From contig JBAXJX010000001.1 in NCBI GenBank assembly GCA_037137655.1, forward strand, positions 289,188 to 353,187: a stretch of 64,000 nt of DNA, in the 5' to 3' direction. Origin of the DNA: Candidatus Falkowbacteria bacterium (lineage in GTDB: Bacteria > Patescibacteriota > Patescibacteriia > Patescibacteriales > UBA12465). Under the pieces are notes generated by a model. The model was not told where the DNA came from and searched no databases. It saw nothing but the letters and a program-made list of their open reading frames with translations. The position numbers were made by a program, and so were the translations under genes. The number at the start of each line of letters is the position of its first letter. Position 1 is the stretch's first letter. This document shows positions 1-8,229 of the stretch, piece after piece.

Positions 1-19
1 TTTAATCTTTTAAGTTTTC

Positions 20-28
20 TGCTATAAT
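20..28 (+). promoter_or_regulatory. Extended -10 element TGcTATAAT upstream of ORF 60-854
   Basis: tgctataat at 20-28, 31 nt before the ATG; -35 lies outside or is weak. Confidence 0.35.
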
Positions 29-59
29 ATTAGTATTAATATTTAAATCAAAAATTACT

Positions 60-854
60 ATGGAATTTTATCAATTTATAAAATCAAAAAAACAAACTCT
101 ATTAGCCTTCCTGTTATTCTTTTTGATAATTGGTGGTACTTTTACTTTTGTTCAAACCTTTAAATATAGTACTAAATCACAGCTCTTAGTTATTCAAGAG
201 GGTGCCGGCGGCGTTGATCCTTTTGCAGTTTCACGCTCAGTGGAATATTTAAGTACACTTTTTTCTCAGATTGTTTATTCTAATTCTTTTTTTAATTTAG
301 TTTTAAACTCTAAATATAATATTGATAAAAATTACTTCAACGGTGATTCAACCGCTCAAATGAAGCTTTGGAAAAAAACGGTGAGCGCGAAAGTGATTGA
401 AAATACTGGTATTATTGATATCTCTGTTTACCACCCAAGTGGTTATCAAGCTAAACAAATCGCTTTAGCTGTTAATGATGCTTTAATAAATCAAAATGCT
501 AATTATCAAGGAATCGGTAGCTCGGTTAAAGTGACCGTGATTGATGAACCAATCGTTTCTAATTATCCTGATCAACCAAATTTATTATTAAACTTCGCTT
601 TAATAATTGGATTGTCGTTTGTTTTTGGCTTTATTTATATCTATGTGTTTCCAGAAGAGAAGTATAATATTAGTTTATTTGGTAAAAAGAAAAAGAAAGT
701 GGTGGCTACAAGTCATGTTTCTATTCCAGAAGCGCCTGTTCGTCAGGAAAGAGGAATGGCACCTGACCGTAATATCTATGAACATGATACTAATTTAACT
801 GGCAACACTTACACCCCAGAGAGCTCAGCTAATATTAGAAATATTTTAAAGTAA
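60..854 (+). CDS. Polysaccharide co-polymerase (Wzz/YveK-like chain-length determinant) membrane protein
   Basis: 264 aa. TM helix near the N-terminus (LLAFLLFFLIIGGTF) and a second TM (LLLNFALIIGLSFVFGFIYIYVF) flank a ~150-aa loop, the Wzz-type topology. Lys-rich cytoplasmic tail. Confidence 0.55.
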   Translation: MEFYQFIKSKKQTLLAFLLFFLIIGGTFTFVQTFKYSTKSQLLVIQEGAGGVDPFAVSRSVEYLSTLFSQIVYSNSFFNLVLNSKYNIDKNYFNGDSTAQMKLWKKTVSAKVIENTGIIDISVYHPSGYQAKQIALAVNDALINQNANYQGIGSSVKVTVIDEPIVSNYPDQPNLLLNFALIIGLSFVFGFIYIYVFPEEKYNISLFGKKKKKVVATSHVSIPEAPVRQERGMAPDRNIYEHDTNLTGNTYTPESSANIRNILK

Positions 855-875
855 ACCGGTATTTTCTCCCAGGTA

Positions 876-904
876 TTGACATTTACAATTATTCGTGATA
901 CAAT
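876..904 (+). promoter_or_regulatory. Sigma70-type promoter TTGACA-N17-TACAAT
   Basis: ttgaca 876-881, 17-nt spacer, tacaat 899-904; drives ORF 969-1949. Confidence 0.7.
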
Positions 905-968
905 ATAATATAAAATTTTAATAATTTAAATTGATCATTCACAACTAAATAATAAGGAGGAACAAATA

Positions 969-1949
969 ATGAGAAAGTTAGTAATTTCTGCAATAGCGAT
1001 AGCCTCGATGGCTTTCAATTCATTCGGTCAAACCAAGTTTGATTGTATGGAAATTAATCTTGGTAGTAGCGCGATAAGCCTACCAAATAGTGCCCATTCC
1101 AATCTGAATAGTATTGATGGTAAAATTTTTATCCGCAATAAAACAGAACGGAATAATTATTTCGGTATTGGCCTCTACGGAGGTTATGATCGCAGCAGCA
1201 CCGCTTTAGATACTTCGGCTGACGTAAGACAAAAACTTACCATCGGTCTTGATCTAAGATGGGCTGGACGCACTAGCAGCAATGTTAGTTGGTATTCATT
1301 TAATTGTGCAGCTGATCTTTACGGTGGTTATTTAGCTGGAGATAAAACTTCAAGCACTATCTACACTAAAGATAATTTTGCAACACTACTTTACGAATAT
1401 CGTCGATCAGTAAAATCTGATGCTACTAATTTCGGCGCCAATATTGTATTTTTTAAGGACAACCCCGGACTTTTAACTCCGAGTGAAAGATTTCCTTATT
1501 CTGTCAGTATTGGTTTTAATGCTTACGCGTCGCAAGGTGTTAAAAGTGGTGTTCTAACAAAAACAACGTTTGTAAATAATGTTGCAGATGTTACTGATAC
1601 TATTTACCCAGTTACTCGTAATGCTGATGAAATGTCTGGAATTACTGGAACTGTTAGCTTTGGAATTAATCTGTACTCCTTTCCAATTAGTGGAAAAAGA
1701 GATGGAATTTGCAAATTTGGTATTTCACCACTCGATGCTAAAATATCGTACGGTTATACTAATGACTTCAAATTCCAACCCGGATTCACACTAGCTGTCG
1801 GTCCGAGTATCGATGATTATTCTCGCATTGGTCAAATTGCATCAGTTAAAATGGTTTATACTAGTCTCCCTGGAGCTACTGGTGTTGGAATCATGGGAAC
1901 AGTATCTGTTCTTCGTCTGATCGATTTATTCAAATTTAGAGAATATTAA
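969..1949 (+). CDS. Secreted beta-strand-rich protein (beta-barrel-like), unknown function
   Basis: 326 aa. Sec signal MRKLVISAIAIASMAFNSFG/Q. Repeated amphipathic strand-like segments (YFGIGLYGGY, KLTIGLDLRW, SVSIGFNAY, GTVSFGINLY, GFTLAVGPS). C-terminal Tyr. AAGGAGG (954-960) 8 nt before the ATG. Confidence 0.8.
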   Translation: MRKLVISAIAIASMAFNSFGQTKFDCMEINLGSSAISLPNSAHSNLNSIDGKIFIRNKTERNNYFGIGLYGGYDRSSTALDTSADVRQKLTIGLDLRWAGRTSSNVSWYSFNCAADLYGGYLAGDKTSSTIYTKDNFATLLYEYRRSVKSDATNFGANIVFFKDNPGLLTPSERFPYSVSIGFNAYASQGVKSGVLTKTTFVNNVADVTDTIYPVTRNADEMSGITGTVSFGINLYSFPISGKRDGICKFGISPLDAKISYGYTNDFKFQPGFTLAVGPSIDDYSRIGQIASVKMVYTSLPGATGVGIMGTVSVLRLIDLFKFREY

Positions 1950-1970
1950 TTCTAACCACAAAAATTTTAC

Positions 1971-2006
1971 AACCCCAAATTAAAGCAATTTAATTTGGGG
2001 TTTTTG
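1971..2006 (+). terminator. Rho-independent terminator
   Basis: Perfect 14-bp stem aaccccaaattaaa / tttaatttggggtt, 4-nt loop, T-run. Confidence 0.85.
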
Positions 2007-2032
2007 ATTTTTACAGAATTGTTATGGTAAAC

Positions 2033-2065
2033 AAAAAACCCGAGTCGTGTGACCCGGGTTTTTTT
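2033..2065. terminator. Bidirectional terminator (serves rpmA on the minus strand)
   Basis: cccgagtc gtgt gacccggg hairpin flanked by an A-run (2033-2038) and a T-run (2059-2065). Confidence 0.7.
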
Positions 2066-2083
2066 AGAGTGATTCTTAAGGCT

Positions 2084-2368
2084 TTATTTTTGAATTGGAA
2101 CAACAGTAACAACTTTGTTGAATTTAAAGCTACCGTCAAATTTCTTGAATTTCTTAGTTAAAAATTTAACTAAGCCATTTTTCATAGCAAAAAGAGTATC
2201 ATCAGTGCCGATACCAACATTTAGACCTGGGCGATATCTTGTACCACGTTGTCTGATAATGATAGAACCGGTTTTGGCGTATTGACCATCGGACAATTTA
2301 ACACCTAGACGTTGAGCAGCCGAATCACGGCCTAAACTGGTAGAACCAGCTGAATTCTTATGTGACAT
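2084..2368 (-). CDS. rpmA: 50S ribosomal protein L27
   Basis: 94 aa. [24 protein letters not shown]...[17 protein letters not shown] carries the hallmark L27 motifs. Confidence 0.97.
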   Translation of the reverse strand: MSHKNSAGSTSLGRDSAAQRLGVKLSDGQYAKTGSIIIRQRGTRYRPGLNVGIGTDDTLFAMKNGLVKFLTKKFKKFDGSFKFNKVVTVVPIQK

Positions 2369-2452
2369 ATTTGTCTGTAATAACGCATAAACCGAGCCGT
2401 TTACCCGCTCTGTTAGTGTTACGCGATACCTACTTTAATTGTTTACTTGTTA

Positions 2453-2481
2453 AATATAACAAAACTTAAAGTTATTGTCAA
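2453..2481 (-). promoter_or_regulatory. Sigma70-type promoter for rpmA (minus strand TTGACA-N17-TATATT)
   Basis: Plus-strand tgtcaa 2476-2481 and aatata 2453-2458, with a 17-nt spacer; leaves a ~80-nt 5' UTR. Confidence 0.6.
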
Positions 2482-2570
2482 TATTTAGCTCTGGCTATTT
2501 TCCTTATTTAAAAAATGTGTTATTATTGGAGGGTAGTGTAAAAATAAAAATTAAAATTAAAAATAAAACT

Positions 2571-2747
2571 ATGATCGTAAAAGTTGACCCAGACAAATGT
2601 ATTAGTTGCGGTATGTGTGTAACACTTTGCCCAACTGGCTTTAGAATGAATGATGATTACAAATCAGAACCAATTGAGGGTGGTGGATTTGATTGCGCTA
2701 AGAATGCGGCTGAGAATTGCCCAGTTGATGCTATAAGCGTTGAATAA
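2571..2747 (+). CDS. Small single-cluster ferredoxin
   Basis: 58 aa from ATG 2571. CISCGMCVTLCP (CxxCxxCxxxCP) plus a distal CAKNAAENCP. The track start (TTG 2475) only adds a low-complexity K/I tract. Confidence 0.85.
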   Translation: MIVKVDPDKCISCGMCVTLCPTGFRMNDDYKSEPIEGGGFDCAKNAAENCPVDAISVE

Positions 2748-2753
2748 TTTATT

Positions 2754-3224
2754 ATGCCTGAAGACTTATCTTTAAGAAAGCTTGAAACTCCAGCCTCAGT
2801 TGAGGCTCCGGTCAGTCCTGATGCTGGTGCTTTTGAGCGTGGCGTTGAGGCTAACTTAGAAAGAAAGCTCGAAACCGCTAAGAGCGAACCAGTTGGTGAG
2901 CCGGTAAATATACCAGCTACGCCATTGCCGGTAGTAAAAAGCCAGCAACAAATCCGTGAAGCGCAAATCGACCAAATTCTTTCTAGTGGTTTGGAGGATA
3001 TTTTTTTAGGTTTATCTCCGCAAAAACAATTGGAATTCAGAAATGAGGGGGAAGTAACAGTTAAAAAAATTAACCAGTTAATGGACTCAGCTAAGTTTAA
3101 AGTTAAAAGTATCGTCGAATTGATTAAAAAATGGTTGGCGATTATTCCAGGCGTCAATAAATTCTTCCTCGAGCAGGAAGCTAAAATAAAAACTGATCAG
3201 ATTATTGCTTTGAGACAAAAATAA
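2754..3224 (+). CDS. Hypothetical protein, small partner of the downstream VirD4/TraD-like ATPase
   Basis: 156 aa. Acidic/Pro-rich N-terminal half; C-terminal half has a hydrophobic segment (WLAIIPGVNKFFLEQEAKIK). Ends 9 nt before the ATPase gene. Confidence 0.7.
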   Translation: MPEDLSLRKLETPASVEAPVSPDAGAFERGVEANLERKLETAKSEPVGEPVNIPATPLPVVKSQQQIREAQIDQILSSGLEDIFLGLSPQKQLEFRNEGEVTVKKINQLMDSAKFKVKSIVELIKKWLAIIPGVNKFFLEQEAKIKTDQIIALRQK

Positions 3225-3233
3225 CTTCTATTT

Positions 3234-5798
3234 ATGAATACAGACATTTCCCCAAATGTTTTAAGTGACGGCGTCCAGCAAGGTATTAATACCTATGCTA
3301 ATTTAAATACGGCTTATTTAGCTCTATTTATTGTCGCTATAATCGTTTTGGTTGTAATCTTTAGAAAAATCTTTACTTCAATTTCAATTCAAAACAGCAT
3401 GAATGATTATGCTGTTTTTTTAGTGCGTTTACCAAAGGAAAAGCCAAAAGATGACGGTGGTTCGAAAGATTTGTCAGTTCAACAAGTGCGTGAAGATATT
3501 TCTTTGGCGGAAACAATATTTGCCAGCATTGGTGGTATGCGACCGCAACATGGATTTATGCCGTGGCTTTTTGGTCGCAGTGACAATTTTTCTTTTGAAG
3601 TGGTGGCTCATGCCGGCAAGATTTCTTTTTATGTAGCCGCGCCAAAAGAATCAGCTCTATATTTAGAGCAACAAATCAACGCTTATTACCCTGAGGCGAG
3701 CGTGGAAGAAATTCCTGATTACAATGCCTTTAATCCACAAAATAGTATTGCGGCTGGCTCCTTGAAGCCGGTGCGTGGTTTTATGTTTCCTTTTAAAACT
3801 TATAATGATATGGAGTCGGATCCGATGAATTCACTGATTAATATCATCTCAAAAATGGAGCCACAAAATAGTATTAGTATTCAATATGTGGTTCGCTCCG
3901 CTGAAGGTGGTTGGCATAGTGTTGTAAAAAGAGCCGTACTTAATGCTTATAACAACAAGAGTGTGAGTGATATTTTTCACAGTGGCAACAACATGTTATC
4001 TGGTTTTGCTAGTTTTATAATTTATCATATTATTGGTGGTATATTTGGCGCAGTGGAGCCGAAGGACAAAAATAGCATGGAGAAAAAAGTTAATACTAAG
4101 GAGTTGACTGACAAGGAGAAAGAAATGTTGAAAAAAATGGAAGAGAAAAATTCTAAAGCTGGTTTGGATACCAATATCCGAATCGTGGTTAGTGCGACTA
4201 ATAAAATTCAAGCGAAGTCATATTTAGAAAATGTTGTAAACGCTTTTACTGAGTACAATTATTATACATATGGCAATAGTTTTAAAAAAGGTTTGGGATC
4301 GGCGCAACAAAATAAATTAATTAATCATTTTATTTATCGTCGTTTTATTCCAGAAAAAGGCTTTATTTTAAGTACGGAAGAATTGGCGAGTATGTATCAT
4401 TTTCCACTCCCACACACTGAAACGCCAAATATTGATTGGTTGTTATCTAAAACCGCACCAGCTCCAACTAATACTCCGCAAGAAGGAATTAATTTGGGTT
4501 ACAATTTGTTCCGCGGTCACAAAACTGATATTCGAATTAAACGCGTTGATCGTCGTCGTCATTGTTACATTGTTGGTAAATCTGGTACTGGTAAATCGGT
4601 CGAATTATTAAACATGGCGATTCAAGACATTGAAAATGGTGATGGTGTTTGCGTAATGGATCCAAACGGTGACTTGATTGAAGATATTTTAAATCGCATT
4701 CCACCACATCGTGCTGAGGATGTAATTGTCTTTTCTCCGGGTGATTTGGAGCGACCACTCGCTATGAATTTGTTGGAATATGATGAACGCTACCCAGAAC
4801 AAAAGAGCTTTGTGATTAATGAGGTGATTGGGATCTTTGATAAGTTGTATGATTTGAAGGCGACTGGTGGTCCGATTTTTGAACAATACATGCGCAATGC
4901 TTTGTTGTTAATTATGGATGATCCGGAATCCGGTTCGACCTTAATGGAAATTCCAAAAGTTTTGGCGGACGAAGATTTCCGTCGCATGAAATTATCACGT
5001 TGTAAAAATCCAACCGTGGTTGATTTTTGGCGCAAGGAAGCGGAGAAGGCGGGCGGAGAAGCGGCTCTAGCTAATATTGTGCCGTACATCACTTCGAAAT
5101 TAACTCCATTCGTGGCCAATGATATGATGCGTCCGATTATTGGGCAACAAAAAAGTTCCTTTAATATGCGCGACATAATGGATAACAAAAAAATCTTGAT
5201 GGTGGATTTGCCGAAGGGTTTAATTGGTGAAACTAATGCTTATCTTTTGGGTATGATTATTGTTGGTAAGATTTTAATGGCCGCTCTTAGTCGCACCGAT
5301 ATGCCAGCGGAAAAGCGGAATGATTTTTATTTATACATTGATGAGTTTCAAAACTTTACCACAAATTCGATTTGTCAGATTTTATCCGAAGCTCGAAAAT
5401 ATGCGTTGTGTTTAACCGTGGCCCATCAATATATTGGTCAGTTAAGCAAAGGTCAGGATGCTCAAATTAAAGATGCGATTTTTGGTAACGTTGGAACACT
5501 GATGAGCTTTAAAGTTGGTTCTGAAGATGCTGATTTCTTGGTAAAAGATTTTGGTCCAGTTTTCAATCAATTTGATTTAACTAATGTCGGTCGTGGTGGC
5601 TTTATGAAATTATTAGTTGATGGCAGCACCACTCGTCCTTTTTCCTTCCAAACTATTTGGCCCTTACTTGGTAATTACAATGAAGGTTTATCTCAAAAAA
5701 TTCGGGCTCTAAGTCGTTATAAATTCGGCCAAGATCGTCGTTTAATTGAAATGGAGATTGCGCGGCGCGCTAAAGCGACTGTTTCGACTGATTTTTAA
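3234..5798 (+). CDS. TraD/TraG/VirD4-like coupling-protein-type P-loop ATPase (FtsK/HerA superfamily), membrane anchored
   Basis: 854 aa. N-terminal TM (LALFIVAIIVLVVIF), Walker A GKSGTGKS, Walker B-like LYIDEFQNF, then CLTVAHQY. Confidence 0.8.
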   Translation: MNTDISPNVLSDGVQQGINTYANLNTAYLALFIVAIIVLVVIFRKIFTSISIQNSMNDYAVFLVRLPKEKPKDDGGSKDLSVQQVREDISLAETIFASIGGMRPQHGFMPWLFGRSDNFSFEVVAHAGKISFYVAAPKESALYLEQQINAYYPEASVEEIPDYNAFNPQNSIAAGSLKPVRGFMFPFKTYNDMESDPMNSLINIISKMEPQNSISIQYVVRSAEGGWHSVVKRAVLNAYNNKSVSDIFHSGNNMLSGFASFIIYHIIGGIFGAVEPKDKNSMEKKVNTKELTDKEKEMLKKMEEKNSKAGLDTNIRIVVSATNKIQAKSYLENVVNAFTEYNYYTYGNSFKKGLGSAQQNKLINHFIYRRFIPEKGFILSTEELASMYHFPLPHTETPNIDWLLSKTAPAPTNTPQEGINLGYNLFRGHKTDIRIKRVDRRRHCYIVGKSGTGKSVELLNMAIQDIENGDGVCVMDPNGDLIEDILNRIPPHRAEDVIVFSPGDLERPLAMNLLEYDERYPEQKSFVINEVIGIFDKLYDLKATGGPIFEQYMRNALLLIMDDPESGSTLMEIPKVLADEDFRRMKLSRCKNPTVVDFWRKEAEKAGGEAALANIVPYITSKLTPFVANDMMRPIIGQQKSSFNMRDIMDNKKILMVDLPKGLIGETNAYLLGMIIVGKILMAALSRTDMPAEKRNDFYLYIDEFQNFTTNSICQILSEARKYALCLTVAHQYIGQLSKGQDAQIKDAIFGNVGTLMSFKVGSEDADFLVKDFGPVFNQFDLTNVGRGGFMKLLVDGSTTRPFSFQTIWPLLGNYNEGLSQKIRALSRYKFGQDRRLIEMEIARRAKATVSTDF

Positions 5799-5820
5799 TT
5801 TTTATAATTTAAACAAAACT

Positions 5821-7305
5821 ATGAAAAAAGGTTTTAAGGTTCTATTATTTGTCGTTTTACTTGGTGTGCCATTTTTTGCTCTAAAAGCGGCTTCAACATC
5901 AAGCAGTGTAAAAGGGAAAATATTTCTTCAAGTTGAAGATAAAGGGCAGGCTTATTATGTCAGTCCAAAAGATGGACAGGCTTACTACATGGCTAATGGC
6001 AATGATGCTTTTAAAGTGATGCGAAGTATGGGTGTTGGTGTTAGTAATACCGACATGAATAAAATAAAAACTGATGCTAATTTCCGAAAGAAGTTTATGG
6101 GAAAAATACTTTTACAGGTTCAAGATAAGGGCCAAGCTTATTATATAAGTTTTGATGGTCGTTATAATTATCTTAAGGATGGCGCAGCTGCTTACGACGT
6201 CATGCGAAAATTAGGTGTTGGTATTAGTAATAATAATTTAAAAAATATTAAGGTTGTATCGGCGACTAACGCTAGTTTGGATGTGCGCGCTGATAAAAGC
6301 AATAACGTTGATAATGGAAATAGTGTTAGCACAAACGTTGCCACTAATACTACCGTTAAACCTGACGCTACTGCCAAGCCCAATACAATATCTAATAACC
6401 AACAAGCAGTTATAACGGAAAATGTTGGTCAAATAGATTATCAAAATCCAAATTATACTTGCGATGAAATTAATAATAATGACACTTGCACTTACAATGT
6501 TGTTAAAATTTGTGATAAAACTGGTAAACGTTGCCAACAATGGCTAAAGGAAAATCTTAATATCGGAAAATATACTGAAAGCAGAATGTCATCATCATCT
6601 GAATTTGCAAATTGCGTTAATATTGGAAATAGCGATGTGCCATCTTGGTCGTGTCAGATTGATTCTGGTTTGCAAAAATATTGTTACGGCAAGGTTGCTC
6701 AATCTGGCGGCTTAGAAAAAAATTGTCAAACTGATGGTGGCTTATACGAATGGTCTGAAGCTATGGGCTTGCCAGCTAAATGTAATAGAGCTTCTTATGA
6801 TAAAAATAGGGGGGCGAGTGATAGTTCTTGCACGCTGTCGTCGACCAGTAATATTCAAGGTATTTGTCCAAATGGTTTCCATATTCCAAATCGACAGGAA
6901 TTTGTGCAGCTAGCAAAAAATGTTATTAATGATCAATTCTGTGACCCACTTTACGGTGGTTGTAAACCAGCCGGTCATAAATTAAAAAAGAGAATGAATT
7001 TAATAGATTATACGGCCAATAGAACGTTGACAACTGGTAAAGGTTGTGATGCTTCAGTGCGTGAAGATGGTAGTGAAAAAGATGACTCCGATTGTGGTTC
7101 TAGTGGTTTTGAGGCCTTGTTTACTGGTATGAGAGACGATATTCAAGGGACGTTTGACGGTCGAGGTCAGGATACGATTTTTTGGACAGCAAATCCGATT
7201 GATAATGCTGCTTACTGCTTTGGTGTTGGTGACGGCAACTCAACCATTTCTCAAAATCTAATTGGTAAAACTAATGGTCTTTCCATTCGTTGTATAAAAG
7301 ATTAA
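5821..7305 (+). CDS. Secreted protein: two N-terminal ~55-aa repeats plus a Cys-rich FISUMP-type (TIGR02145-like) C-terminal domain
   Basis: 494 aa from ATG 5821 (the track start 5746 overlaps the previous gene). Signal MKKGFKVLLFVVLLGVPFFALKA. Repeats GKIFLQVEDKGQAYYVSP.../GKILLQVQDKGQAYYISF.... Motifs CQQWLKENLN, GGLYEWSEA, GICPNGFHIP, SGFEALFTG, LSIRCIKD. Confidence 0.8.
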   Translation: MKKGFKVLLFVVLLGVPFFALKAASTSSSVKGKIFLQVEDKGQAYYVSPKDGQAYYMANGNDAFKVMRSMGVGVSNTDMNKIKTDANFRKKFMGKILLQVQDKGQAYYISFDGRYNYLKDGAAAYDVMRKLGVGISNNNLKNIKVVSATNASLDVRADKSNNVDNGNSVSTNVATNTTVKPDATAKPNTISNNQQAVITENVGQIDYQNPNYTCDEINNNDTCTYNVVKICDKTGKRCQQWLKENLNIGKYTESRMSSSSEFANCVNIGNSDVPSWSCQIDSGLQKYCYGKVAQSGGLEKNCQTDGGLYEWSEAMGLPAKCNRASYDKNRGASDSSCTLSSTSNIQGICPNGFHIPNRQEFVQLAKNVINDQFCDPLYGGCKPAGHKLKKRMNLIDYTANRTLTTGKGCDASVREDGSEKDDSDCGSSGFEALFTGMRDDIQGTFDGRGQDTIFWTANPIDNAAYCFGVGDGNSTISQNLIGKTNGLSIRCIKD

Positions 7306-7424
7306 ATTTATTGCTAACTTTTTATAATTTAAAAAAATGAAACATAGTATAAAGCTATTATTAGTGATTATTTTGCCAGCATTATTTTTATCGGGGTGTA
7401 GCGCTGTTAACATTCAAACACAAA
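7274..7424 (+). repeat. Junction repeat copy A (gene 3' end + intergenic + lipoprotein signal peptide)
   Basis: 7274-7348 is identical (75 nt) to 8079-8153. Similarity continues, degraded, to about 7424/8229. Confidence 0.9.
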
Positions 7425-8110
7425 TAACTGCAAACAATGATAATTCCTCTGATTGTCCAAAAACTGTTAAATATGATGGTGGTGCTTATGATCAAGGTGG
7501 AGGAAATGGGATTTTTGGTGGTTATTATCGAACTGTTAAAATTGGAACTCAATGTTGGCTTAAGGATAATTTAAATGTTGGCACGATGATAAAAGGAACT
7601 ATTGATCAGTCTGACAATAAAATCATTGAGAAGTATTGTTATGATAACAATTCTGGCGGTTGCGATGCTAATGGTGGGCTATATCAATGGGATGAAGCTA
7701 TGCAATATTATGGCAGTAGTAGTGTTAATTTTGATAATAGTGGTAATCCGCTTAAAAATGTCCAGGGTATCTGTCCATCTGGTTGGCATATTCCGAATGA
7801 TGTTGACTGGAAAGCTATGATTAAATACTTAGGCGGTGATGATGTGGCTGGTGATAAATTAAAGGCAGCTTCAGTTTGGGGTGATAAGGCTAATAACTCT
7901 TCTGGATTTTCAGCTTTGCCAAGTGGTCAATTTTTTGGTGAACGAGGTTTTGTGGCGATGTATGGTAAGTTTTTTCTTCAAGGTTCTGGTGCTGTTTTTT
8001 GGTCATCATCATATAATTCCAGGTGGACTTTATTAAAAGATGATTCTAAATTTGATCTTGGCAACAAAATTAGCACTCATGGTCTTTCCATTCGTTGTAT
8101 AAAAGATTAA
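7337..8110 (+). CDS. Lipoprotein with FISUMP-type domain
   Basis: 257 aa. Lipobox LPALFLSG/C. Motifs CWLKDNLNVG, GGLYQWDEAM, GICPSGWHIPNDVDW, AGDKLKA, SGFSALPSG, FWSSS, LSIRCIKD. Confidence 0.85.
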   Translation: MKHSIKLLLVIILPALFLSGCSAVNIQTQITANNDNSSDCPKTVKYDGGAYDQGGGNGIFGGYYRTVKIGTQCWLKDNLNVGTMIKGTIDQSDNKIIEKYCYDNNSGGCDANGGLYQWDEAMQYYGSSSVNFDNSGNPLKNVQGICPSGWHIPNDVDWKAMIKYLGGDDVAGDKLKAASVWGDKANNSSGFSALPSGQFFGERGFVAMYGKFFLQGSGAVFWSSSYNSRWTLLKDDSKFDLGNKISTHGLSIRCIKD

Positions 8111-8229
8111 ATTTATTGCTAACTTTTTATAATTTAAAAAAATGAAACATAGTTTAAAAATATTACTAGGCATTATTTTGCCAGCATTATTTTTGTCGGG
8201 GTGTAGTGCTGTAAGCATACAAACACAAA
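8079..8229 (+). repeat. Junction repeat copy B
   Basis: Offset of 805 bp from copy A, with the same 75-nt identical core spanning the stop codon, the 31-nt spacer and the ATG. Confidence 0.9.

Noticed and set aside
2541-2570. Phased A-tracts (aaaataaaaattaaaattaaaaataaaa) before the ferredoxin start as a structured or regulatory element
   Set aside because: The sequence is low-complexity and AT-rich with no symmetry or conservation evidence available. It is most simply an unstructured A-rich leader.
2657-3157. 166-aa minus-strand ORF antisense to ORF 2754-3224
   Set aside because: It is a mirror-frame ORF with no promoter or terminator of its own. The plus-strand frame is tightly coupled to the ATPase gene. 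The same reasoning applies to the other antisense track ORFs (e.g. 4790-5188, 36209-36586, 40506-40889, 59622-59984).
5746-5820. Upstream extension of the secreted FISUMP protein ORF (track start 5746)
   Set aside because: The extension overlaps the 3' end of the ATPase gene by 53 nt and encodes an Arg-rich non-signal sequence. ATG 5821 gives a canonical signal peptide and is preceded by the tttttataatttaaa promoter motif.
5821-8110. Possible diversity-generating retroelement targeting the lectin-like FISUMP domains
   Set aside because: No reverse transcriptase gene is present, and there is no template/variable repeat pair with adenine-specific differences. The only long repeat is the exact junction cassette.
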